In this document: positions 1 through 14,600 of the stretch, piece by piece
Numbering within the stretch: the first letter of the stretch is position 1
Layout of the letters: the number at the start of each line of letters is the position of its first letter
DNA from: Phoronis australis
Taxonomy: Eukaryota; Animalia; Phoronida
Reading direction: 5' to 3'
Length of the DNA: 64,000 bases
Assembly (NCBI GenBank): GCA_002633005.1
Contig: NMRA01000228.1
Location: 484,120-548,119, forward strand
Notes under the pieces: model-generated
Told to the model about the DNA's origin: nothing
The model's input: only the letters and a program-made list of their open reading frames with translations
Databases searched by the model: none
Made by a program: the position numbers and the translations under genes

Positions 1-608
1 AATAAAATTGCCACTAGGGGGCACACTGGTAGTCGGATCCGTCCAAAAGTCAATTTCGTAAAGATACTGCGACTGAACGGTTTAGGAGATACAGCCATAG
101 GCGCAAAAATAAAACTGCCACTAGGAGGCGCCACAGTAGTCGAGATCGTCGGAAAATCATCGTCAACCGTCCTCTACATAGTAAGCATATACATGCCAAT
201 TTTCACAATCATCCTTTGAGCGGTTTGGTTGATAGAGAAAAGAGACTCGAAAACACTAAAAATGGCCACTAGGTGGCGCAAACTATGTCGAATCCACCTG
301 AAAACGGGAGGATACCGTCATCTCACTAATAGGTGCCTACATACCAAATTTCATGAAAATCCGTTCACGACTTTTGAAGATACAAAGGTAAGCGTAAAAA
401 ACTAAAATTGTCACTAGGGAGCACACCGGTAGTCGGATCCGTCCGAAAGTTCGCACATGCCGTCCCATTTATGAATGTAACATATGAACGTATGTCAAAG
501 GCTGGGAGTAATTATAGTCCTAGGTCAAAGGGTTTTGGAGATAAAGCAGCGGACGCCCGGAGATGACGGGATAATGCGTCCACATATAAATATGTGGGCG
601 CATAAAAA
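1..608 (-). mobile_element. HINE/DINE-1-like (Helentron-type) non-autonomous element, family 1, truncated by the window start
   Basis: Terminal GCGTCCACATATAAATATGTGGGCGCATAAAAA hairpin end and 400-bp internal period (motif at 11 recurs at 411). Nearly identical to 52179-52718. Confidence 0.8.
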
Positions 609-2299
609 TGAAGTAATTTTCTTCATTGCACAGTGGAGGAGACGACGGAAACGGAGTCGTAGTGCCCAGCGCCACTGCCGCGGTCACCCGAGATATCGCG
701 GGAGAGCATAGATACTTATCATAGTTCCGTTACGATTGCGCCGTGTTCCGAATTTGACACTTGAAATTGGATCTGAGCTCCCCCAAACATTAAAACTGCA
801 CATATTTAAATCTTGTTTCAGTCGTATAATCTTAATTACCGGGGTTAATTTATAAACTCAACATTTCCCTACGATCTTGCTGTTCAATTTTTTTTTGTGG
901 CAGCCAAAGGGGAGGGGGGGCACTAAATCCGCCTATGAAGGCAGTTGTAAATAATACTGATGGATGCAATTAAAGTTAATACAACATAAAAAGAATCAAA
1001 TTCCGAAGTATTAAAACATTCTTTCCAGAAGAAAGGACTCGCCGAGAAAGCTTACGAGGGAGAACAGCACGCCATTCGTGCAAGTGGTTAAAAAATAATT
1101 TGTCTTAAGAGCTACCATGGGCAACAAAAATGCTCATCAAAATACTCAGGGCATTATATCATAGCATTTGCATGCAACTGCGTTCAAAACAAAAGAGGAA
1201 AGAGTACCCATGGTCATGAAAGAGAGGTTCTTAAGCACTTCTTGTCAGTGTGCGAGTTATTTCCAGAGGCACCCACTTTAAATTAGGCCCGAGTCCAAGA
1301 ATCGAACTTTTGATTTAGACGGCTATAACATTGGTCTTAAATTGTTCCTCACTAAGTGGACAAGTTATTTCTGGGTTTGCCAAGAAGTGATATTTAATGC
1401 CTATGTCATTTCCCAAGATATTGCTCGGTACATACTATGTCACCCCACGACAAGCCAAATTGAAGAGCTTTGTCTCCAGCAATAACCAATGGTCAGTTAT
1501 TTTGACGCCCTCAAATCACTTGTAAATTGTTAAAGGCACAATTTGAGAACAGTTTCATGGCGTTAAGTTGCCTGAATTAGCAGTTGTTCTTGTGCTAGAA
1601 GATGGGTTATTATTTTAAGTAATGGGACGGAAGACTAGATGTAGTGAAAATAGACATAAAAATTATTGTTCAGTCTATCAAGTTGTCCAGAGACTAGTCA
1701 GTCACAGAACTGAGTAACCAAGAAAAGCACCCAACTGCATCACACTTTCAGTCTATTGGACCAGAAAATGCTCATGCCCCACGGTACTTTATCAAGACAG
1801 CCGTCACCAGAATTATGGTATTACTGCCTGGCCTGTCAAAAAAGACACATAATTTTTCTGATAAAAAAGTCAACAAGTCAAGAAAACAACACTAATCCAC
1901 AAAAAGAGGTTTGTATTATCAGCCTCATAACAGTAACTATGCAAATTAAAAAAGCATGCGGCTAAAATCTACCTAGCTTTGGATAGTAACGGTAAGGAAC
2001 AATTCAATTCTTGAAAACTACTACAACATCATACATATACCAGAACATCAATATTTTGGTGTCTGAAGGCTTTCATATCATTTGAGATTAGACTCCCAGA
2101 GGAACTGAACCATACTCCAAGATAGTCAAGCTGAAATAAAACTGGTACCATCGCTGAGCAAGAATACTTTCTGTAGAACAACAGAAATTAAATAAATAAC
2201 TAAGCACCTTTGTAACACAGGACTAGATGTTGAGAACTTATGTCATGACATACAATTACACATTTTTTATAAAATCAATGTAAAATGAATATCCAAGGA

Positions 2300-2305
2300 T
2301 TTATT
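2300..2305 (-). terminator. Candidate polyadenylation signal (AATAAA) for the distal isoform
   Basis: TTTATT on the plus strand about 265 nt past the stop codon. The hexamer is common in AT-rich DNA. Confidence 0.35.
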
Positions 2306-2570
2306 CATGGATAAATTTGGCATTTTGATTTCCGATAGCCCCAGAACTGTAAAAACACTTTAGGATATGGCACTTCTGTAGTCTGTCAGCGTATTTGAGT
2401 AAACAACTTGGGATTTCAACGCCTGAGTACAAACCCAAGAAACAGCAGTTCGACTGTTGGCCTGTTGACAGTAAACTAAGCAAAGAAGAACTTCCAACAA
2501 GGGAAGAATGAAGACAAAATGTAAAACTGTAGCCCTGACGTGCTAGTATATTGAGACGATGTTTCAACAA

Positions 2571-2621
2571 TCAGTTGTCGTCACCATCACGATCCTGATC
2601 CTGGTTATCTGATGTCCACAG
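2571..2621 (-). CDS. 14-3-3zeta: 14-3-3 distal terminal exon 5: [16 protein letters not shown]
   Basis: Acceptor CATTTCAG, LWTSD start, acidic tail, and TGA at 2573-2571. Confidence 0.93.
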   Translation of the reverse strand: MWTSDNQDQDRDGDDN

Positions 2622-5600
2622 CTGAAATGAACAAAAAAAAGTCATAAACACACGGTTGGCATCAACTCAACATTCAATTGGTGTATTAAACAATTTAGGC
2701 ATCTGTTTCTGATTAGGTATCAATGGTAAATATTCTCCAATTCGGGACACCTATAGTCCAGAAAAAATGATTTTTTTGTTCTGAAGATTGGGACATGGAC
2801 TATTTTGCTGTTCATTGTATTTCTCAAATTTCTGACACTGTGTTTTGTATCAACAGTCTTAAAATAATAGACTTTGCAACCCTTCAGATAAGTTGGATTT
2901 CACTCAGATAAAATTGCTCAGGCCAGTGGTATCCATCTTATCAGTTTTACTGTATATATCTGTTAAAGTTTTTGCTGTGACCTTGCAAAATGACGTCATG
3001 GTTGCTAAATTCGACTGACACCAGGAGATGCCTCACATGCCAACCACATATGAAATTTCCTTTTCAAGATATTGCAACATTTTGCAAGTCAAATTCATAA
3101 AATTTCTATTATGAACTTGAAAACAAGGATAAGGCCAAAAAATCGACTGGCCTGGAGTTACTTCACCTAAACCTCGGTATAAAATACTAACAAAATGAAA
3201 AGCTTCCTTCTTGACAAATCTAATTCGAACTCTTAAATTCCTCTTTACTGCCTTGTTTTCAAGGTCAAGGTTGCTACACTCCACTAGTTATGTTGGAGAT
3301 ATGCTAACTATACCTTGGAATAAAATAAAAAACAAGAGCAATGCGGAGCATTGAAATGCGCCCACGAGTGCATCGCAAATGGTGTGCTTTTAGGGTTATT
3401 TATTTGTATCATAAAAATGGCTCCTAGGTGGCACAAAAACGTACAATCCATCCAAAAAACGGGAACATGCCATATTTCATAAATATCTGTCAAGGAACTT
3501 CAGAGAAACAAAAAACAGGACAAAGTGAAATTGCCACAAGTGGGCACAGAATCCATTGGATCCGCCTGAAAGTAGTCATACTCTGTTGTTATCTTAATAC
3601 AGCTATGGGCGCGAAACGAAACAAAACAAAACAACTACTAGGAGGGGCCACAGTAGTCAGTCGCCATCATCAAACGTCCTCTTCACACTGAGAACATTTC
3701 AATTTTCAAAACCATCCCTAGAAGGATTTGGTTGACAGAGGGGTGGATGCCAAAAACCAGGGTTTGAGAACACCAAAAATGGCCACTATGTGGCGCAAAA
3801 TACCTCGATTCCATCCCAAAACAGGAGCAAAGCGTTAGGACAATCTGTTGAGGACCTTTGAAGATACAGAGGTAAAAAACCACTAAAATTGCCACTAGGG
3901 GGCACACCAGTGGTCAGATCCATCTGAAAGTCGTCGTTGTCCGTAGTCAACATCATAAATTAAGTAAAGATCTTGCAAACTGTTTAGGAAATACAGCCAT
4001 GAACGTAAAACAAAACTGCCAACAGGAGGCGTCACAGTAGTCGAAGTCGTCGAAAAAACCTTCGTCAGCCGTCCACTTCATAGTTAAAACATACATGCCC
4101 ATTTTCACAATTATCTTGAAAGCGGTTTGGTTGATAGACGAGTGGACGCCAAAAAAACAGACTGGAAAACAGTAAAAATGGCCACTAGGTGGCGCAAACA
4201 AGGTCGAATCCATCTGAAAATGGAGAGATAGCATCACATCATTAACAGATGCCTGTATGCCAAATTTTATGAAAATACGTTGAGGACCTTTGAAGATACA
4301 GGGGTAAACGTAAAAATAAAATTGCCACTATGTGGCACACCAGTAGTCAGACCTGTCCTAAAGTCGTCGTCCTGCATTATTAACATCATATAAATACACT
4401 TCCTAAATTTGATAAAGATCCTGCAAACGATTTAGGAGATACAGCCATAGGCGCAAAAAACAAAATTGCCACTAGGAGGCGCCACTGTAGTTGAAGTCGG
4501 AAAAGCATCGTCAGCTATCCACTTAATTTTCACAATCATCCTTTGAGCGGTTTGGTTGATGGAGGGACCGACGCCCAAAAACAGACTCGTAAACAACAAA
4601 AATGGCTACTAGGTGGCACAAAATACCTTGAATCCCTCCAAAAATGAAAGGATAGCGTCACCTCATTAATAGATGCCCATGTGCCAAATTTCATGAAAAT
4701 CGGTCAAGGACCTCTGAAGATACAGAGGCAAACGTAAAAAACTAAAATTGCCACTAGGGGGCACAGCGGTATATGGGTCGGTCGGAAACTCGTCGCCCTG
4801 TCGTCAACCCCATAGGAACACACTTGCCAAATTTCAATAAGATCCTACAGGGATTTAGGAGATACAGCCGCGGATGCCCTGACAGAGATGACAGCAATAT
4901 GCACCCACATATAAATAAGTGGGCGCATAAAAATCTAAAACTCCCTTCTGTAGACATTGTGGCAAACAAATTTTCCCATGTCAAAACTAGATTTTCTCTG
5001 TAATGATGTCAACATCACCAAAATCGACAGGCACCTGTGTTAACCACCTACATCTCAGTACAAAACAGAAACATCACTTAAAGCTCCATTTAGAAAAATC
5101 ATTTTCCCAACAGAAATGTACACGACTGCTCCCCCATGGCAAATTCCTTGGAGTTATTAAGATCTTTCTGGTTAGTGGTGGTGTGCACAAGCCAAGGACT
5201 CCATTGTCTTGCTCAGGCAGGTTACATAATGGAGGTTGGGACATAACACACAGTTGCAATGCCCATTATTTAAAATTCTCCAAGTATTTTTTGTTCACAC
5301 GCTACAGGTCGCATTTCCTATCCAATCAACATGAAACTTACAAACATTGAGTGCATTTTGAATTTGTCAAAGCCCATTGTTTTTGGCAGAAATCGGATTC
5401 AAGATAGCACTGTGTCATCCATTTTGCAAAACGTTATGCTCCTGCTCTGTGGGGGTGAGTTTCCCAATTTAGCTGATCGGGAACTCAGGTTACAACCATG
5501 TCGTTATCAGTTTGACAGTGATAGCAAAATACATGACAAAAAAATCCATGTATTCTCATCAGAAACAGATGTCACATTTCATGAACATCTATCAAGGAAT

Positions 5601-8600
5601 CCAGTGCCCGGTTGCATGAAACAGCCCAACAGAAACTCAACTTTGTTCTCTAAATTTTCAACACATTTGTGGAAGTTGTTAAGTCACTGAGGTTCTTGGA
5701 TGTTTAGTGATGACGGATTTGCCACTGATATGGTGAGATTTTGAGCCAAAAATACGAATAGAAATGCACAGTCACAACACATTTTCAAAAAATTTGCAGG
5801 TCATGGATTAGCTTCCAATTCAGGTAACCAGATAATTTTCAAAGAGCTTACTAATTTACAGCGCTTTGTAAATATGGTGTAATTATCATTGTTCTGTTTA
5901 ATTTTGACATTTTAAATGTCTGACTGGGTCCAAAACGTCACCCACCCACACATCCACCATTCATGCATAATAGTGACACTCTGCACAGACACAGGCAGAG
6001 AAACACCAGGTGGTTACTTCAAGTAAGATACAGGACACTAAGTACAATACAACATTCCCTTGTGGATGGACATTTTGTCAAAAAATCTGATGGTGAGAAA
6101 AAAATTAAAAATGTCTCTACCACACCAAAATCTAATTTTCTCTTAATTCAAAGCAAGAATTTCAAAAATAAATCTATCACTGGCAAGCTGGGTTCAAACC
6201 ATGCAAAATGGTTTAAAGAAAACGAGTGATAACCTACACAATTGAATAACACATTTACTTATTATAATCATGTATCTGCCATTTCTTTTATCCACTCTTC
6301 CACAAAATATTCTGTTTACTCTACGTTCCACGCATTTTTGACCGCAGAATCGCATTATTTGTCACCGTGACTTTATACCAAATGCAGACGTCATTTATGA
6401 ACCAAGCTATTCCAGTCACAGGCGCTTGAATTTATTACTTGGCGTCAAGTATGTTGGTCTGACGAGAATTTTTTTTTTGTTTGTTCGCCCTCTACAGGTC
6501 GCAATTTTGGTCCGATTTTCACGAAATTTGCACACAATGTGTAGATCGGGAACTGCTAGAACGCTATTGTTTTTGGTCATGATCGGATACAAAATGGCGG
6601 ACGTGGCGGCCATTTTGTATGTGATTTCACAGTCAAATACTCGTAGAGGCCGCATTTTTCGACCTACATGGCTGAAAATCGGTACGAATATACTAGAACG
6701 CATGTGCTACAATTGTGCAGAAAATCGTTGACTTCCGGTTAAAGATGGCGGAAATATTGGACGTGGCGCATGCGCACCCCGAAATAGGGCTAAAAACGTT
6801 TTCTCCTGTAGAGGGCGCAATTGCAAACCAATCACTTTCAAACTGGTCACGTGTTCGTTGAGTTTAATAAGCTTTTATAAAAAATTATTGAACCGGAAGT
6901 CACCTTCAAGATGGCGGCTGTGGGGCATGTTCACACGGTTTCAATCGCTCTGCTGTCGCATTTTTTATGGGAAGAGCAAATGACGTGAATTTTTGCATGT
7001 GGATTCCTTGAAGTATGGCCTTTCAAAAAGTCTGCGAGAGCGTATTTCTCAGACTTACCGTTTTCGAGTTATTTGACTTTGAATTTCAAAAAAAACCGGC
7101 AAATTTTCAATTTTCTCGAAAAATTTTTGGATTTTTGCCAAACTATCACATTAGATAGAGATTTGAACGGGCTTTCAGAGGATACTTTCCATTTTGCGCT
7201 ACGACGTCTACTTTTTGAATTATTCGAGATTTTCGGATACCGTTGTCCCTATGCAACGCGCAGGTGGCTGGCTTTCAGTTCACTTTGTTTTGGTTATGCC
7301 TAGTTGACCCAGACTGACCCAGCCAGCACTGTTCTACTGTAGACTGGACCGTCATGTTGCGCCATCTATTGTTCTTTATTGTAGTTCATTATATGCTCTC
7401 TATTTGATTTCTTCGCTAGTCACATGAATGTTATCGTGTTATTCATAATTGCCGCTTTGATCGTCATAGTTGTCGTCGTCCTCCCCATCGTCGTCTTTTC
7501 GATTAATTTCGCCAAGTTTCGCTCCTCCGAGCGCTCTTGTTTGTTCCTCGATTGCCGCTGATATCACTCACTACTAAGAAAACATGTTTCTTATATATGG
7601 TTACGAGTCATCGGCAAATTCGAGCGCCTGTGATCCGCAAGTACAATTTCCTTCCTCCAAAGCATAAAGAGCAGTTTCCGCTTTTCGAGTCGTCAGCAAC
7701 GCTGCAGTAAAATCAATTTGCCGCGATAATTTTATGGCAAATCCGATTTTTTCCGCGGAAATATAACGAAAATACGCGGAGGGAATAAAAGAAAAAAGCG
7801 AAAATCCACGTTTCCGCGGAAAATTCCATGCCTTGAAGAATATAACCAATAACCTGCGCCATCCTCAGTGGGTGGAATGCTTTACATTTGTTGATCAATT
7901 ATACAATTATAGTGAACTTCTTTACAACCCATTCACAGCCAAGTTCAGCGAACTACTCATTCACTGCCAAATGTGGCAAGTTGGCCACTACCTCAATCTT
8001 GACCTAGTTAATTCTAAATTGGATGGGAGATAGCTACAGTTTAACGAAACACCTGATCGCTTACTTGTCAAATTGTGTCTGATCCAAAAGTCTCTCTAAC
8101 TATTGACTGTTGAAGTTTTACCGACACAGATTCAAAATCATTCTGATTTGGAATCCAAGTTTGAAATCTCTGACATGAGACAACATTATGTACTAACGCA
8201 AACAGGGTATGTACATCAACCAATACCTGGCAAATACCTGTTTCATATTGTATGGCATCATAATTTTAAAATATCATGATACAATGTAAGGTGCATCCTA
8301 CCAAGATAACAATTTACCAGAATTTTACATTGCGCTATGTTTCTATGCAGCCTCAAAAATTAATGGGCACTTGGAAATGCAGTTTAAAAATGGCAGTGAT
8401 TGAGTTAAGCAAGAAAGAGAATGATCCAACGTACGGTCAAGTTATCTCTAAGCAGCTGCATTATGAGAGTGCTGTCTTTGTATGAGTCTTCTTGAAGGTT
8501 GTCCAAATCAGCAATAGCTTCGTCAAATGCCTACAACACACACAAGTTCATGTCGATAACAAGCTGAAACATACAGTCATACTCGCAACAACTGCATACA

Positions 8601-11600
8601 ATGAAACTAACTACCTAGCGATTACCAGCATTAACTCTTGCTATGTCAAGAACTCTCTGTCCATTGTCCACCTTTACAACACACCCATGCACTACGTGGG
8701 TCTTTTTCAACATAAATCACCAATTAAACATTAAGTAACAAGTTATCTGGTTTACGAAGTCCCTGATGTCTTGAGAACTCTTTACAAACACCTAAAATAC
8801 AACTCCTTAACATTGCAACTTTTGCTTCACCCAATTACAAATTCTGGCGGAGAGTTTATGAGGAAGAAATGAAATGGCTTACGGCAATAATTTCACTTAC
8901 TGACATTTTTCAAGACCCTTGACAGTTTTGGGTAAATCAGTTTCTATCTCTGAAAATTATCTCGCAGGTCAAAAGTTAGTTTTAAAACTAAAACAAGATA
9001 TCCCACTGCCTTAAATTTTCATCCAAGCCGCAGATGAGTGTAGGCAGCCCTAAACATTGTTCACCAGATATCCCACCATCAACTTGCAACAGTTTATTTC
9101 AAGTTGTTGAGGCTATATCTCCAAGACGACTATTTCCCGAACTTGATGAATACTGGTCAACAGGCAAACACCATCTGGCCAAAGATAGATGACATCAGCA
9201 TCCGAGCTGAATTAGCAAGAGACTGGGGCAACATTTCCAGTGACCGAGTTCATTGTATTCATATCTTCCCACAACACAGAGATAAGATGTTTTCCAGGTC
9301 AAAAAAAATTTCTAGATGAGTCACTGTGACACCTCTGTCAATTTACATGTTTGTGCATTGTTTACACAACCTATATATCAATACACTACATGGAATTCCC
9401 TAATGGGGCTATTTGGAAAATCTACAATAACTAGAGGGCGTGCGTGTACTAGTGGTGATAGATTAACAGCCTCGATTTCGCGGGCCCTTTAAATACATGG
9501 TGAAATGGCTTGCAGCCGTGCCAACTGAATCTGAGATTGCGTAAAAAGGGTGAGAGGGATGAGAGGAAGTAAGCGCGACCTCATACAAAGGTAAGGATTG
9601 TGATTATTTTAACGATTATTCCATGGTTATTCCACTGATGCCTGTTAACTGAGGCACTCGCCGATGTCGACTTCGCGGCAGTCAGTCGCCAGCCAGAGTC
9701 TGGTTAATCTTTGTATGTTGTGATATGTGATACGATACTTGACGTAGCAATCGGGACCTTTTCGTACATCAAAGCATTATTATTGTTTGGAATGATTTCT
9801 AAAAGTTTATCAGTGACAGTTACATCAATCAATGCTGAATGTTTATGCTGTCAACTCGATACAGGTTAATGAGTTAAGATTACAATCCAATCCCAATGGC
9901 AAAGGGTACGTGAGTGATAAATATCCATTGCATTAGACTATTTGTTTACTCCCTATCATATGTCTTCTGGAAATCTATTACACGTTGAAATGGAAATCTA
10001 TCACGTCAGTTTTCACGTAACCTTTGGTTTTTAGGTTTGAAGGCTTGTACCGTGCAGAGGAGATATGCATCGCTTCTGCACCGTCCCTGAATGGACAAAA
10101 ATTGGTTTTTAGCATTTGACTGCAGCTAACCAACAAGATCTTCCCATCCAGTGCAGATCTGTTGTCAAAGCCTACTTTCAATATTGGAGACAACGAACAA
10201 AGCCTTTGAAAAGGAACAGCTATTTTTAAAGTCATTTTGTTAAATTACTTATTCAGGTCCCGAGGGGGGATTGGCATGGGGGGTTGTAATATTTGGTACA
10301 ACTGAATGTGTGGAAATAACAGGTAATACATGTTTGGGGAAAAGAGCATGGTGAGGTAATTCTTAACCTTCACGAAGTCCCTTCAAGTTGATTTCATGAA
10401 ACTGTTTTGCTACTTGTATCAATTGTAAAACCACGAAAATATATTACATTTTCCGAATTCACAGTGACTGAATAGTCTTAACTCATGCCTTGAAATGTTG
10501 CAAGTCGTTATAAATTCAAATGACTGCCATTTTTGTGAAAATTGCATTTTTGATGGTGCCTTACGATTTGTAATTACTCTTAAACAACAGAAAGATTATC
10601 CATCATTTTTAAATGACCCAAGTCTTCATATCTTCTATTAGAAGAAAAACGGTTCCCTCAACCTTAGGCTAGAAGTATGCTTGACAGACCCATGAACCTG
10701 TAATCTGAGTTTAAAATTGCTGAAAGTATCAAAATTAAAAAGGCTTGAAAATGGGTAACAAAGGTTTGAAGTTGTCTCAAAAAACTTGTATATTTTACAG
10801 ACAAGTGATGCGTTTAAAGAATTGTTATGGCTAGGGATAAAAAATAAAGACACAGTTTTATGCAATACTCATTATATACACCCTTGGTTTCTGAAAATAG
10901 TAATTATTTACTTTTATGTGAAACTGTAGACCAATCACCATATATTTTTGAAAAACAGGGATAACATTTTTGATCCAATCTGGAGTACTTAATTATTCAT
11001 ATTTCAATATTTGTTCCAGGTTCAGTGACATTTTAAGGCCACTTCAAGCTGTATCATAGACAAGCTTTGTTACTCCGTTCTCTTCCCACAGCACTTCCAC
11101 ACACCAGCAGTGCTGCATGGCACAATGTGCAAGTCAGTGGCCCTGGAGAAATGTGAATCGCAGTACTAAGTTACCATAAGACAATGTGCCAGTGGAGTGT
11201 CTGTGTATCCAGACGAACTATATCTGACTGCTACACAAATAAGCCTTGTTGGTGAGGATGCCCTTTCATAGGCAATGAGTCATGTGTGGACAATAGCTTA
11301 TTTCCTTTCCTGGAAGAAACATGAGGGACTGAAGCTAAAGAAGACCTAGTCACACTCTGGTCTAGTTCAGAGTCTGATTTTGGGCTCAAAACGATTCAAG
11401 TGATATGCTGCTGTGTTTACCTTCAAGGGTCTAATTGTGGATGTTATTGAGGCTGAATGAGGTTACATGAAAGAAAGCCACGTGTTGAAACTGGACCTTT
11501 TTTACAAGCGCTTCTATAGGCCATTGAAACTAGAATCCAGTGAAATGAAAGCCAAAAGCTGAGTGACATTAAATTTTCCTTTCAGAAGAAAGGCTTTATA

Positions 11601-14600
11601 CTATTGGTAAAAACTTTTCAATTTGGTACAGATTATGGGGAAATGACATTCAGTGACTGCATCGATTGTCTTATTGTATGTTTTCAATTGTAGCTAGCTG
11701 GATAAGAATCTGCTATGCACAAGATTCGAGAATAAACAATTATCAGTGTATTTAAAAACAAATGGCAAACTGAAAAAGCACAGAAAGAAACAACATTGCG
11801 AGGGAGTCCATAATCAGGCATATCAGGTGCTGAATTTCTGAATTACGTTCAATTCTCTCAGGTTATTGCTGAAGGATTGCTTTTCACTTTGTCCAACGGT
11901 GAAATAGATGGTCAGGCGGTTGGTTTCAGTTGTTTTTTCTTGCCTGTAACAGAATAGAAATATTAGCAAATTGTAAAAGAAAAGACAAGACAAAACTACT
12001 TTTGTAAGGCAGAACATACTTGACATTTCATCTTCATGTTTATGTGTAGAAACTAATAACCTTTGTACCCAAGTCTTATTTAATATCTGAATTAAAATAT
12101 GTGAAACAGGCTAAAAGTGATTTAACAATGTGTATTTTTCATGACACTTAAAATGTGCTTCTGATCTCAACAAGTAAAATTCATTCTAGGTGTCAATTTT
12201 TTTCCAATGCAATGTTACGACATTTACTGAATTAAGGCTTATTCATGTTAATTCGATAACTGAGCTGGTGGTCCTGGGGGTGGGGTCCACGATAAAATAA
12301 GGAAACTCACTCATCTAGAGAATTTTATTGGAAACAGCATAGTTTTGAAGAGAAACTGCTGTGAAAAAGTCACTCTTGACTTCTGTGCATCACGTACCAT
12401 ACACCTCTTATTTTGGGAGCACTCCCACCCAGGACAATATGAATATGTGCTGCTAGCCTACCCGGCATCGGGTGAGTTTCCAAAAAGAAACACTTAGTTC
12501 CACTCAATAAAACTGTTATTCAGTGGGGTAACTGGTGGGGATAACATCACCGAACGATGTTGATAGAAACTGATTGCTAAAAACTTACCAAGTAATGTTG
12601 TGTAGTCTCCGAATGGAACTGCATAGTCACTCATAGACATAGAGCACACAAGGGGCTTCAGCATCCACACACTTTTTGTCAGTTAGTTGACCCTGTTGAC
12701 CGCAGTTGTCCACGAATATAGAAACCTTAGGTCTTTTACGAATTTGTGGCCACCTGTCGAAGACTTGCACCAGGGAAATTAGCAGTAATAAGGCTTAGCG
12801 CGACGACGTATTTTGATAAAAATTCCATCTTTTACCGTTATTTACATGCAGACAGCCACGCATGCGCAATTCAATCACCACTAGTACAGCAGCGACACCG
12901 CGAGGAGAATTCTCCGAATAGCCCCATTAGCCATAAGGCAGCCGGATCAATCCTGCCAGCACTGTATAAAAAATTTTAAGCATCAGTGTAATGAGGGCAC
13001 ACTCTCAAAATTATCCTTGGAATGTAATAAATCATTCTTAGATAGCCTTCTGTGCTGCTCTTGATGTCTTTACATCTTTTGGTGCCCCCCCCCCCCAACC
13101 CAAACACGTGTTTTTTCATCAAATGCAAGAGCAACTATCTAAGACTAAAATACAATGCAAGCAATTTCGGATCACAGCAAATGACATCTGCAGACTTTCC
13201 AATGGAAGGATTATGGACTAAACACAAAGCAACAATTGATAGGCCAACAGAGTAGGAAAGGTAAAAATTCACATCACTTTACAGTAACTGATGTATTGTC
13301 ACCCACGTTTATACATAAAGGTTTTAATACTTACTTTTTTAGCCAACTGACAAGCATGTTCCGGAGAGTTGAGAATTTCATAAAAAAATACGGAGAAGTT
13401 CAGTGCCAGCCCTAGACGGATGGGGTGAGTGGTGAACATGTGTAATTGTGCCAGATCTTGTGCACTTTCATAGGCCTTCTTTGATTTCTCAATTATTTCT
13501 AAAAGGAAAGTGCAAAATATGAACTTCATTATACAAGTAAAGCACACAATCATTTCTACAAATTATTGGGTGCAGGTTCCTGGGCATCTAACTGGAGAGC
13601 ACAAATAATACAAAGAAGAATCATTTTTAATGCACACATTCAACTCAATAACAATAATTCTTGATCTCACTCCGAAGCACTCGATAGATCTTTCCAGAAG
13701 ACAGCATATTATAAAAGAACAAGAATACAAACAAGACAGAGCATTGATTTCTACCAACCATGTGCAGCGCACACAGCACAAATAAAGAGAATGATCATTA
13801 CTTTAAACATGACGAATATAGGAACCAATACCATTAAAATCAAAATAGCCTCAAGAGGGTGCAAAACAATTCAGCACTGCTCTCCTCAGTAGGGACACAG
13901 CTGCCACCTTTATTATGACTCTTGATGCAGGTTGGAAGATAGCAATGCAGGCGACAAATAGACATAAAAATAATGAAATCAACAGCAGAAGAATGGAACA
14001 AGACGATCAAGGCAGCGACACCATATGTAACCATGACAGCTTCTCAGGAACACACCTGCCAAATTTCAATAAGATCTTGCAGCAGGCGCCATACTCGAGA
14101 AAGACATGACAACAATATACACATAAAAAATAAGTGGTCGCATAAAAATGATAAGTTTGTTTTGCAAAACAATCTTATCCAATCCAATACTTTATGTTGC
14201 TGACAGCATTCAATGTACTTGCCAATTGGCTCCGTTCTTGGTGGACTGTCCCACTATTTGATTTTTTCGTCATCCCACCACGCCATCAAAATGTCTTGCT
14301 TTTGACACACGGCGAAACTGACACATTATCATATACTATTGTAATTTCCCAAGTGATACAGCCCTATTTCCTCGCTGGACTAAAAAGAAAAAACGTGTCA
14401 TTTCAATTTTTATGGCACAAGTTATCCATTTGACTAAAGAACATAAAAACACCGTCGGGCACGGTTGGGTGTTACATTTCCCATTTGACAAAAAATGCCG
14501 TTGGGATGTTTTTGTATGTTGCGGCGAACATTTCACCCCTGTGTTTTGGCTTAGACCCAGCTGTTCTGCTTTTCATCTCGAAGTCCCGTTATTCAATCTA

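Noticed and set aside
1-608. Regularly recurring conserved motifs with variable intervening sequence, superficially like a CRISPR array
   Set aside because: The intervening segments are themselves homologous between units and copies, the context is eukaryotic, and there are no cas genes. It is a transposon-internal tandem array.
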